This document shows positions 47,764 to 59,672 of a DNA stretch of 64,000 nucleotides, in pieces. The notes under the pieces are model-generated. The model saw only the letters and a list, made by a program, of their open reading frames with translations. It ran no database searches and had not been told where the DNA came from. This stretch comes from Psammoneis japonica (Eukaryota). Made by a program: the position numbers and the translations under genes. The stretch is taken from positions 248,001 to 312,000 of the forward strand of contig QPGO01000080.1 in NCBI GenBank assembly GCA_008632985.1, written 5' to 3'. How positions within the stretch are numbered: the stretch's first letter is position 1; each line of letters starts with the position of its first letter.

Positions 47764-50700
47764 CTACTTTGTACCGCAATCAGTGCAGCACGGGCAAGTT
47801 ACTTGAGGTTTGGATCCTCCACAATCCGTAACAAACGATGCCAAGTATCCATTCTGCGTCAAGGAGCAAGTTTCATCGGATACCGTACCCGTAAAATCGT
47901 TGTCTTGCAACAAAACTTCAGAGACACTCTCCAATTTTGAAATCACGTCATTTGGGAAAGGCCCGGATAGCCGATTCCCATTGAGATAGAGTGTTTCCAT
48001 ACTAGAGAGATTGCTCAACTCAGAAGGAATAGAACCTTCCAATTCGTTTGAATCCAGACGAAGATAGAGCATCTTGTCAAGAAGCCCAATGCTTGCTGGG
48101 ATTTCTCCTGTGAGCTTGTTGTTCTCGCAGAGAAAATACTCGAGAGCTCCAAGTCTGGAAACAGACTCTGGTATCTGACCCGAAAAGGAGTTATCGTCAA
48201 GGTAGAGCAAATAGAGAGCAGGTAGGGATCCAGCCGGGAAATCGAGAAGAGGTCCTGATAACTGGTTTTCAAACACTTGCAATTCCTCGAGCTTTTCAAG
48301 ATTGAGAAGCTCTGTGGGTAGGGAGCCCGTGAGACTGTTTGAAGCAAGATAAAGCACTGCCATGTTCGTCAATGCCCCAATGGTTGAAGGAATTGGACCT
48401 GTCAGTTCGTTTCCCTGCATGCGCAAATCATACATATTGGTTAGGTCACCCATGGACGGCGGGATCGAGCCTGTCAACTTGTTGTCGTCAAGATAAAGAT
48501 ACTGTAGCGCCGTGAGGCTGCCTATATTCTCAGGGATTGGTCCTGTAAATGAATTTTCAAACATGTCTAGCCACTGCACTTTTGAAAGAGATCCAATCAT
48601 TTCTGGATCGAGTTGTCCACTCAATTTATTAGAATGAAGACTCAGGCTCAAAAGTGTGCCCATCATTTCATTCCACTCTGGAGGGATGCCCCCCTCAAGC
48701 TGGTTCCCTCCGAGTCCAAATTGCTCAATGAGTTTCAAATCTTTATACTCTGGAGGGAGTGTACCAGTCAACTGCAATCAGAATGCATTTACGGCCTGGT
48801 TAGTACCGTCGTTGGACGTTCTCGTGATTAACAAAGAAAGTGGTAGATGAACTTACATTGTTGAACTCCAATTCGACCACAACCAATTCACGAAGGAAGG
48901 AAAGCTCAGCTGGAAGTGTTCCATCCAGTCCCACGTACGTTAAATTGAGCTCAGAGATTACGTTCATGTCTCCTGGAGTTAAATCGTCCTTAAGGACGGA
49001 GATTGTGGTACACTCTACAGCGTCGTAGTCACACGGATCAGCTACAGGAGGATCAGAAATCCAGTTACTTCCTTCTGCCCATATAGGTCCTTGGGTTGAG
49101 AAGTATAGCACAGCTAGAGCGTAGTGCTCAATAACACGGCGAAGCACGTCATTGTCATCCCAGAACGGGATTGTAGCGTGGTAGTCTGTAATGCCTTGAC
49201 CAAGGCCGGAGTCTTTAATGTAGCGGATTGCCTGTGATTGCACACTTGAATCGTCTTGTAACGACTCTTCAGTGACGATTTCATGCTTGATCAATACTTT
49301 CTCCATTACATCATTGTTTTGAGGCTTGTCGGGGGGAGGGACAAACGGGAGTAATATGGTCGGAGAAAGTGTCTCCGGTTTGGCGGGCACTGGAGAACTC
49401 GTGGGAAGCGCATTTTCAGGAGATGTTGTCGGAGCCCCGGCTTCATCTGGTCCAAGGGGACAGTCAGTACAGCAACTGCACGTGACGGTTGGGTCTACTC
49501 CACCACAGTCTGTCGTCAGAGTTGTAAGAGAACCGTTATCTCGGAGAGTGCAAACTCCCTCGGGAATGCTCCCTTCCAGGTTGTTTTGATGTGCCCTCAC
49601 AGTAACTAGGCTTGTCATATCACCCACCTCTTCGGGAATATCACCACTCAACTTGTTTCCATTGATTTCAAAAACCTCTAGCTCCTTCAACAAACCAATC
49701 TCCGTCGGAATTGGACCGTCCAACTCATTTGAAGAAAGCTGAAGCTCCACGAGATTGATCAGCTCGCCAATTGAAGATGGAATGCCTCCGTCGAGGCTGT
49801 TGGAGCCCAAGTAAAGTGATCTCAACTCCTTCAGCTCAGAGATGGAACCCGGAATCATACCCGTAAGCGAATTCTGGTCGAGGCTGAGAGAAAGAAGATT
49901 GGGTGCTGCACCAGATGAAAACTCAGGAATTGGTCCAGAGAGTTTGTTTTGAAGCATTTCAAGCTCTTGAACATATGGTAGGTCAAATAGCTCCGCAGGA
50001 ACCGAGCCCGTAAACTCGTTTCGATCCAGATACAGAACCTCCAAGGAAGTCAGCAACCCAAGTTCCGAAGGAATCGGACCTGACAACTTGTTCCTGTTGA
50101 CTCGAAGGTCGAGAAGCCACGGAAGTTCCGAAATGCTAGACGGAATTTCACCTTCCAACTCATTGCTATCAAGGTACAAATAAGTCAGATTCTTTAGTGA
50201 TCCGATGTTCTTGGGAATAGAACCGGAGAAGGAGTTGTTGTACAGACCCAGAGACTCAAGATCAGCCAAACCACCAAAAATATCTTCCTCGAGGTTTCCA
50301 CTCAAATTGTTTTCTTCTAAAGTCAAGGTCACAAGTGATTCCAAGAACTTAAACTCGAATGGAATAGAAGAAGACAACTTGTTTCTCTCCAGCTTCAAAA
50401 CTTCTAGGCGGTTCCATTGCCCAAACTGCTGGTGCAACTGACCCTCTAATTGATTTTTTCCAAGATCAAGGCTGTACAAGCCACGCAAGTTGGATATCTC
50501 AGATGGTAGCTTGCCTTCCAATCCACTGTCTGTCAAGTTAATTTCCGATATAGTGGCGAATGAAATGTTTGAATCGCCATCATATATCGTTAGTTGGTCA
50601 CACGCAATGCCTTGATAGTCACACGGATCGTCGTAGGGCGCCTGCAACCATGAAACGCCTTTCCACTTATCTCCATTTGTGGCGTAGTAGAGTACTGCCA

Positions 50701-51508
50701 GAGCATATAGCTCGATTGCTTGAGTCAATACAGGATCTTCTGTCCAATCGTCAACATCGACATGTTCCCGCTGCAAAGCTTGCCCAATGTCAGAAGCAGC
50801 AACCCATTCCAAGGCATCTTGATGAGGGCTGGATTCTTCTTCCATCCATGACAATGATAGTACATTATGTCGGACAAGCAACGCCTTGAGAAGACCAACT
50901 CTATCCACTTCACCTGGGGTTCCGGTCGGGCTTGTAGGTGGTGGTGCCGAGGAAGGAGTTCCTCCGTTGTCGTCATCGGGAAGTGACGTGATTATCGTGA
51001 TGGTGATGAGGAGGAGGATCAAGATAATCGCAGAGTAAACCATCCACTTGCGTTGCTTAGCAGGACTACACTTTTTCCAAGAATCTCCTTCTTCACCTGC
51101 TCTCAGAACAGAGCGGCCACGTTCTCTTGCGGTATTGAGCAACTTCCACGACTGACTGGCGTCATCCGCATTAAAGTCGTCTTCGTCCCCGCTCATGCCG
51201 CGAAGATTAACAGGGTTTGAGTCCTCCTTGCTGATATCGGCGAGAAACCTCCTAAATGTCTTGGAATGCTTGCTGCTTTTGGACGTGTTTTCAAACTTGT
51301 CCGTCTTGTCGCCATCGCTGCCTCCAGAAAAGGCACTGCGCGTCTCCTCGTCCAAAAAGGTTTCTCGTTGATCCAAAAAGTTGTCCAAATGCGCTTCATC
51401 ATCATCCTCAGTGTGCATTTGGGAGACCCTCTCCATTTCCTTTAGATTGCGCTCAATTTCCAAACGCCTCAAATGCTTTTTCTCGGATGTTTCAAACGTG
51501 TTCAACAT
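47764..51508 (-). CDS. Single-pass membrane leucine-rich-repeat protein with two tandem LRR modules; intron 48772-48856
   Basis: Cytosolic N-terminus and TM segment (VYSAIILILLLITITII). Two blocks of cap (YALAVLY..T.G..W, DPCDY), plant-type LxLxxNxLsGxIP repeats and a CxCCTDC end cap. In-frame GT-AG splice. Start codon uncertain. Confidence 0.9.
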
Positions 51509-53175
51509 GGTTTCAAGACAAGAGATCAAAAAATGTGTCCTTCTCGTCCAGAAATGTGAAAAAGCACCAAGGTATGAGTCAGTAGCCCGTTCGATGCTCA
51601 ATACACGCCAACAAATTTTGTCGGTATCAAACGAAACGAAACTTTGTGGATGCGTTGCATTTGCAATCCCCCAAAAAAGTGAGGCCTTAGAGAGTTGCGT
51701 CCGTTGGGTTTTTGGTAATACGGACATCTGCGCAAAAATCAACGCTTAACGCGCACCAAATTCGTTCTTTTTGTGCCATACCAAGGTAATGTATTTATTA
51801 AGTTTCTGTAATATATATAAAAAGTTTGAATGCAGTAGCTGCATACCGTACGTAGTTTAGGTATGAAATACATACCACCCCGAAATATCCGAAGTCTCGT
51901 CTCATGAACTGTGCAAATCCCCTTGTTTTCGACATGATTTTGGCCCTTTATTGGTGGTTTTTGGACATTCTACACAGAATGCTGGTGCTCAGGTGTGTGG
52001 GAGTTTTTAATCAGGTTGGTTGGAAAAAGCTGTCAGTTGGCAATTTTCCCATTGCACAGTTGGCCACTCATTGGTTCCTTGTGACCATGCCAAGGAGGCG
52101 CCATCAGATGCCTTGCATGGGGTTTCACACGTCACATCTCAGTTGTGACAACTTGGTGTGCTGGGGGGCTTTCTCGCCACAAGCTGATTGAGGATTGCAC
52201 CTGCGCAGGAGCCTCTTGTCAATGTCGAGGGCTGCCATGTCAGCATCTTAGAGTTCAATGCCATTGCCATCAACTTGGTGTGCACATGGCTCTCATCTTG
52301 GCTCAGCTGGTTGGTGGGCACAGATGCTCCATGCTTGGCTGGACCATGCAAGTGCTGCCCTGTCCTGGCTGCACCACATCCGTTGCTCACATTGCCCTGT
52401 GGTGCAGCATTTTGCTTGCTTTTTGAATGCCCTTCTTTTTGCTGCTGATTTTCAGTGTTCATTTGCCAACAGCCCCGCATGGTTGGCAAGACCAATGACA
52501 AGGTTTTGGTGCTCTTTCATGTGCCCAGCAGACTGTCCAACTTGGGCCTCCATTGTCACCCTTCATGCCCCCTGGCACAAGTTTTGTTTGGCACCAAGGC
52601 ACCAGCCTTGCCCTTCTGTGGGGAGATCACATGCCAGTGCAGAGTGTGGCACCAAAAATGGGGCAAGAAGCAGCCCATGCCCAGCATCATGCACATCAGC
52701 ATGTGTGGAGCTTAAACATGCTGCACTCCTGGAGGTAGAAAAAGCCAATTGTCAAGACCTCACAGCATCAGTCATTAGTCAGGAGGTGCATCTTCCTTTT
52801 TGCCAGCTCATGCCTTGATGAGCATGCCCTTGGCAAGCCCAAAAGGGCAAGTCATGTGCAAAAACACGCTTCAATGATGAGATGGGTGAGTGAGCCCACA
52901 CATCTGGCATTCATCATTGAGTCTGACTTCACTTTCTTCTGCACCTCCCATCTTGCAGCTCTGCCTTGACATTCAATTTGAGCCTGACTTTGCTTTTTTC
53001 TGCACCTGCCATCTTGCAGCTCTGCCTTGACACTGCAAGCTCTTGGATGAGGCAACTGAAGTGCACATCTCATTTTGCTGCAGCAAGAGCAAAAAAAGCT
53101 TTGCCATCTGATGCCATCATCAGCCAGACTGTTTTCTGTGTCCTGTGAAAGCCACTCAGGCCATCATGATGCAGA

Positions 53176-53425
53176 GAGCTTGGCAAATTGGTGCACTTCC
53201 TCACAAACCTCTCAGGGTGTGTTGCACCTCCCACCCCAGAGCTCTTGTGTCTGTCTTGAAGGCAAGCACATTGTCAAGTTCATGCACAAAACTTGTGAAC
53301 AGAGAACTTGGCAAATTGGCGCACTTCCTCACAAACCTCTCAGGGTGTGTTGCACCTCCCACCCCAGCTCTTGTGTCTGTCTTGAAGGCAAGCACATTGT
53401 CAAGTTCATGCACAAAATTTGTGAA
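53176..53425. repeat. ~125-bp tandem duplication in TpA-depleted decayed DNA
   Basis: CTTGGCAAATTGG..CACTTCCTCACAAACC...GTTCATGCACAAAA occurs twice in succession. Confidence 0.85.
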
Positions 53426-55254
53426 GCTGCTCTCTCCCAGATCCCAATCGATGCCTGCAAGACACCATGTCAAATGCTTGGCTCTCATCCAGTTGAGCAT
53501 GCTCAGAGCAAAGTCAAGTCCCGAGAGCACTTTGCTGTCATCCAGGATGCTCCAGAAGTTGGCAATTGGGTTGGCATGCCTCTTGCGTTCATCAAGGCCA
53601 ACTTTGCATTTTTTGTGCATTGGACTTGCAAAACATCCCACTGCCGCTGATGCCACCAAAGTGCCCATCTGTTTTTGTCTTGACAGAGTGAGGCAAGGAA
53701 AACTTCGCTGTCTGCTGGCATCACCATCAAGACAGCTTCCTCTGTCCTGCCAAAGCCACTCTGGCTCTGATGCACAGTGCAAGATGTGCTGGCATTTTGC
53801 TGTGGGAGCACACACCAGTGTGGTGTTCTGGACAGATGCCCCAGACAAACGTGGCTTCTCACATGGCAAGCACCATGTCATTGAGCTCCTGTGCACAGCC
53901 TGTGCTGTGGCACACCCCAATTTTTCTCACCACCTGCACAAGCACATCAAGCGGCTTGTCTCCCACTCCAACCTTGTGCAATGCTGGCACCCAGATTGAA
54001 CATGTGTTGCACATTGCTTGCACTGGAGCTCCAGTGCAGTGTGCTTTTGCTTTCATGGTTGCTTTTGCACAATCAGCTCTTTTGCTGAAAACAAGCCATC
54101 CTTGGCACTCATCCAGATGTGCAAACCTGGTGCAACAAGCAGCCTTTCTTGTTGTTTGCTTGTCTGCCAGTGGACACAGTTCTTCATTGCCCTTGTCTGC
54201 TCATTTCTGGCTGCTCTTCCAGCTTGTGGCAGTTCTCTGCTTGTTCGTGCCTTTCTTCGGTGCTTCCCTTTCTTGCCTTGCTGCGCCTGTGACAGAAATT
54301 GAAAGCAAATGGCAAGAATTCAAACAACAACTCCTTGCTGCTGTCTAAACAGCAGATGAGTCTCCGCTCAGAGACCATTGCAGGAGCCGAAAGACGTGCA
54401 AGTCAGCACAATCGGGCTGCTGTTGTTGTTCTTGTGAGCCGTGTGGCTCGAAAGCAAACTACATCATGCGCGAACGCGCAGAACTAAAGCACACAAAACT
54501 GTGTGCGGCAAACTAAACAGCGCGCGGCATTTTGTGCGCACCCAAATCCTGTTCAAATCCTGTCACTCCCCAGTTTGCTTGAGGAGTCACAGAAACAGAT
54601 TCGACTTTGGATTGACTAAAGAACTTTGGAGTCAAAGCACCAACACATGAGGAGACAAGAAAGGATCAAGATCCTGGAGCAACGTTGCATTCTCCAAGTG
54701 GGTCATCTTGAGATGAGCTGCGTCTCCCCCCAATTGCAGATGCCGTTGTGCTTTTCAAAGCTCAAGGCACACTTGGGATCTCGTGGGATTCCACATCCAC
54801 ACTTGCAATGGAAGGAGCAAAGTTTGGTCTGGTTGACAATGTTGAAGGGCAGGGCAACATCGCAGGACAATGCAAACAAGTTGACATTGCCTTCACTTCC
54901 TGAGCAAAGGGGTCGTAAAGACTGATGGCCGTCTGTTGGTTCTTGGAACGGTTGCCACACTGGGCTGCTGCTAAAAAAACAGAGCAGTGCTCGAGCAGGG
55001 TGGCATGGCGTTTGCACGACTCGGGGAACAAAGCAAGCATGAGTTCAAAGGCACAAGCGGTGGTCTTGTGTTCCACCAATCCGATTGCAAGCTCAGTTGC
55101 ATCTCCTGAGAGACTGATCCAATTGGAGGAACGAGTCTCAAGGTGCAACCCTTTGGGGATCGGATTCTTGTGGTGCAAGACTGCAGATGTCTGATTGGGG
55201 CAACCAGTCCCGTGCTGCAAGACTTCTGGAATCCAAAAAGACTTGCCAGTCTTG

Positions 55255-56125
55255 TGACACGAGTCTTCGGGGATCCAATCAGGAGGCCAAGTCTTGAGGT
55301 GCGAGACTTGGGGGATCCAATCAGGAGGCCGAGTCTCGTGGCGCAAGGCTTGAGGGATCCAATCCGGAGGCCGAGTCTTGGGGTACGAGACATGGAGGAT
55401 CCATTCTGGAGGCCCAGTCTCGATGTACGAGACTTGAGGCATCCAACCAGGAGGCCCAGTCTCGAGGCACGAGACTTGAGGCATCCAGTCAGGAGGCCCA
55501 GTCTCGAGGTACGAGACTTGGGGCATCCAATCAGGAGGCCCAGTCTCGAGGTACGAGACTTGGGGCATCCAACCAGGAGGCCCAGTCTCGAGGCACGAGA
55601 CTTGGGGCATCCAACCAGGAGGCCCAGTCTCGAGGCACGAGACTTGAGGCATCCAGTCAGGAGGCCCAGTCTCGAGGTACGAGACTTGGGGCATCCAATC
55701 AGGAGGCCCAGTCTCGAGGCACGAGACTTGAGGCATCCAGTCAGGAGGCCTGGTCTCGAGGTACGAGATGTCAGGAGGCCCAGTCTCGAGGTACGAGACT
55801 TGGGGCATCCAATCAGGAGGCCCAGTCTCGAGGTACGAGACTCGGGGCATCCAATCAGGAGGCCCAGTCTCGATGCACGAGACTTGGGGCATCCAGTCAG
55901 GAGGCCTGGTCTCAAGGTGCGAGACTTGGGGCATCCAATCAGGAGGCCCAGTCTCGAGGCACGAGACTTGGGGCATCCAGTCAGGAGGCCTGGTCTCGAG
56001 GTACGAGACTTGGGGCATCCAACCAGGAGGCCCAGTCTCGAGGCACGAGACTTGAGGCATCCAGTCAGGAGGCCTGGTCTCAAGGTGCGAGACTTGGGGC
56101 ATCCAATCAGGAGGCCTCGTCTCAT
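55255..56125 (-). repeat. 42-bp tandem array (~20 units)
   Basis: Same unit as 30250-31020, on the opposite strand. Confidence 0.95.
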
Positions 56126-57389
56126 GCTTGGAGGATCCAAAGACAATGAAGCTGCTTGGATGTCCTGAACTCCCCATCTGATGAACCAGTTGAACTGTTG
56201 TGAACAGATTCAATGATGGGAAAAGGAGGCTCCCTGTCAGGAGATGCGAGAAGCAAGTTGTCATCTCCATCACTTCCCAAACAAAGGTCGTGAAGGGTGA
56301 CAGCAGTCGACACGTGGAGGTTGGCAGCACGTGGTTTGCGGGGTGCAAAGGCTGCAGCTTTGGAAGCCATGGGTGGAGTGTCCCAACTGGTTTTGAAGTG
56401 CGGGCCTGCGCAAGGGCTGCAATCCTGCACTGGGCCGAGTTTGCTTGCAGGCGGGTTGGTCAAGACATGCGGGGCGCGACTGACACCACTTCTTGGGGAC
56501 ACCTGAGTGGCGGCACGGTGCAAGGCTGGTGTCAAAATGGCGCTGGGTTCACCTGGTTTGGATGGCAAGGGACTCGGCACAGGTGCGGAGGGTGCTGCAC
56601 CAGTGGCTAGAGAGGTCAAGCAGTCCGGGCCAAGGTGGCAGTCGCGAAATTCCTCGGGTGTGAGCAACTGGGGTTCATTGGTCACATCATCACAGTTGCA
56701 AATTTTGACAAAGCAGAAGCTTGTCAAAGCTGCTAGGAGGTTTCTGTAGGTCCGTGGCAAAGGAACTACATTGGCGCCGTCTCTGTAAGTGAGGGCGTCA
56801 ATTTGGGTGGGTGAGAACGTGAACAACTCCTCACACGATTCAATCCCATTGATGGACAGGGCAGAACGAAGAGGGCTGTCATCGTCTTGATTGAGCACTG
56901 TGCCCAGAATGTGTTTGAAGCTTTTGGTTTGTTGCTGTCACGTGAGAACCATGACGGAGGACGGTGCAGTAGAAACAAAAGACAGGAACCAATCTAGAGC
57001 GCGGTCTTGACTGGAGTTTTGACTTGTGACTTGGCTTGGAAAAGACTTGATTTGAAATGGACTTGACTTGAAATCTTGAACTGTCTTAAAATCAGAAGTC
57101 GCCGGGTTGTGTCATCCCATTCGTTGTCAAGTGCCAAACTTCCCAACCGGTCCGTAGAGTTGTGCCGGCACGTCCGAACCCACAGCCAGCGGTGCTTTGG
57201 GCTGCTCACGAGCGGAGCAGCAGGTTGTAAACCCCTGCAGGTGAGCTGACCAGAGGTGGCCAAGACCCCCGAACCATTCTCATTTTACATCGGTTGGATT
57301 TCCCGATCAGGCTGGCCAGTTGACGCATGCGTCAGGTGCTGTGGACGAACGAACAAACGTGGGAAAACACCCTCGCCCCAACGCAGGCT

Positions 57390-57787
57390 GATGGGTTCCA
57401 GTCCTGGGTGGGACTTTTTGTGACATTGGGCCCACAGAATTCTGCGTGCGAGCTCTGCAGTAAATTCACAAAGCAATGGACACATGAATGATCGCCAACA
57501 GAAAAAGAGGCAATTTTGCGAACGCATCTCCTCCTCCACACTTGAAGTGCATTCTTTTTACAGCATGCGCGGGCATGTTCTTCAGACATTAAAGAATGTG
57601 CCCAGCGCATTTTTGTTGACACAAGTGCAGATGACAGAAAGCCTTTGGCTTCGCAAAACAGGCAGTGTGGAACAATTTTTTACAACAGAACACGTAGAAA
57701 TGTACGTGCGAAACATGCGACGGATGACAAAAAACAATTGTGTCACAGTTCAGCAGTGCGAGGTCCCACCTGGAGCTGGAATGCGTC
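57390..57787 (+). mobile_element. MITE family A, copy 4 (in the 5' UTR of the LARD-like element)
   Basis: TIRs GATGGGTTCCAG...CTGGAATGCGTC and TSD GGCT. The empty site ACGCAGGCTGCAATC is present at ~18482-18496. Confidence 0.92.
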
Positions 57788-59098
57788 GGCTGCAATCACG
57801 GCTGCTTGCTCTCACAGTCGTCCTCGTGGACCTGGCAGAACTGCAGAGCACCAGCAGTCCAGGGCAGATGAGGTGCAATGGACTCGGCGTGCTTGCAGAG
57901 TGGCAGCAAAGCCGCAGTCCAAAGAGTGGGTTCAAGTTCTTGGCCGTGAAGACATGCACACATTCACACATGTCTGCAGCAACAAAGATCCTTGAACATG
58001 TGGGGTTCTTGACCGTTGACCGTTGAATGGGTGTGTGAAGGGATGAGGATCAAGGACAGACTTGGACACAACCGTCGAATGCATGTCTTCAGCGACAAAA
58101 GGCAGCACAATCATTCCAGATGTGCAGCGGCAAGGAGGCTTGATGGTGATGTTAAATTCCTGCCAATGCCTGGCATTGAATGCGCGCAGACTTGCCGATG
58201 TACGCAGAACACATGCGGAGGTCCACGCAGAATTGAGACAGTGTCGTCGGCAAATCAACGACGACGATGGCGGTTGCTCAATGGGTTGACAATGAGCAAG
58301 ACTGTCAATCTGACAGAAATTGAAGGCAAATGGCAAGAATTCAAACAATGACTCCTTGCTGCTGTCTAAACAGCAGATGAGTCTCCGCTCAGAGACCGTT
58401 GCAGGAGCCGAAAGACGTGCAAGTCGGCACAATCGGGCCACTGTCATCATTCTTGTGAGCCGTGTGGCTCGAAAGGAAACTGCATCGGCGCGAACGCGCG
58501 GAACTAAAGCACACAAAACTGTGCGCGGCAAACTAAACAGCATGCGACATTTCGCGTGCATCCAAATCCTGTTCAAATCCTGTCAGCCTGCAGCATGGCA
58601 ACATCACCTTGTGGAGCCATTGCCTGCCTGCCCTTGCCCCCTGGTTTCACCCACTCTGCCCTCCTTGTTCTGCTCTCCCCCCCCCTCTCTCTTCTCTTCC
58701 CTGTGCGGCATGTCTCCCTCCTGTCTGGATGGCAGCTCTCCTGCACAAGCTTCATCTGGCAAGCTTTGCAGGGGGTGCACCAGCCACAACAGAGAAGAAA
58801 GGAGGAGCGAGGGAGTGAAAGAGGGCAGCCGCCATCAGGCAATGGTGCGGCGCAGAATTGGAGGCCATCAAGAGAGAGTGGTTTGTGCCTCCCCTGCTCA
58901 CGCAGGGGTTCTTCGCTCATGAGCTGTTCCCGTGTCGGACGACTGATTTGGAAGCAGTGCACCACAAGTCACCAGAACGAGCCTCTGCTGGCTCACTGTT
59001 CTTCTCTCTTCGTCAACGGCGCTCCGTCTCCGGGTCCCCTGAAGGTGCAGCGAGCGACACAACAAAAACAAAACCGGCCCTACACCCTGTAAATACTA

Positions 59099-59599
59099 CC
59101 GGAGGTATGTGAATAGTAGCGAACTTTTTTTCAGGATCGCCTCGCAGACCCCAAGACCCATATATCGGTGGAAAGCTCTCGACGAGCTGAACAAGGTCAA
59201 ACGCATGTTGTATCGGTCGGAGTGAGCGGAAAGCGAATGTTTGTCGTTGAAAATTTGGTATTTATTTAAGGAAAAATAACGGTTATATTCGCCTTTTTCT
59301 AATTGATTTTTGTATTTATATACAAACATTAGTCGTATCATAAATTTGACATTTAATCCGGAATTCCGAAATCTCATACAGGATTGTATACTATATAAAT
59401 TACTTATGGGACACCTTGTTTCTATACTTTGCTCTTGCTCTACAGCTCTTACAACTGAAGATATCGAAAAAAGGCTTTCGTCAGTAGCTGCAACTGGGTG
59501 TGTTTTAGTGACTGACGAAAGCCGATTTTCGATAAGTATTTTTGGTGTCGAGATTTTTCAATAGCAAAAATAACTTCGCTACTATTTACATACCTCCGG
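59099..59599. mobile_element. MITE family C, Tc1/mariner-type
   Basis: TIRs CCGGAGGTATGT(G/A)AATAGTAGCGAA flanked by TA on both sides. AT-rich interior. Confidence 0.85.
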
Positions 59600-59672
59600 T
59601 ATTGCGATTGGCTTTACCGGTATTCTACACCTCCTGCATGGTGCCGACAGTGCTGTCTTTGACGTTGTCGTG

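Larger units (their letters stand above)
54290..58585 (-). mobile_element. Non-autonomous Copia derivative (LARD-like) with tandem array, copy 2
   Basis: LTRs at 58311-58585 (5') and 54290-54565 (3'), TSD GCCTG, PPT 54566-54578. Colinear with 27317-31579. Confidence 0.93.
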
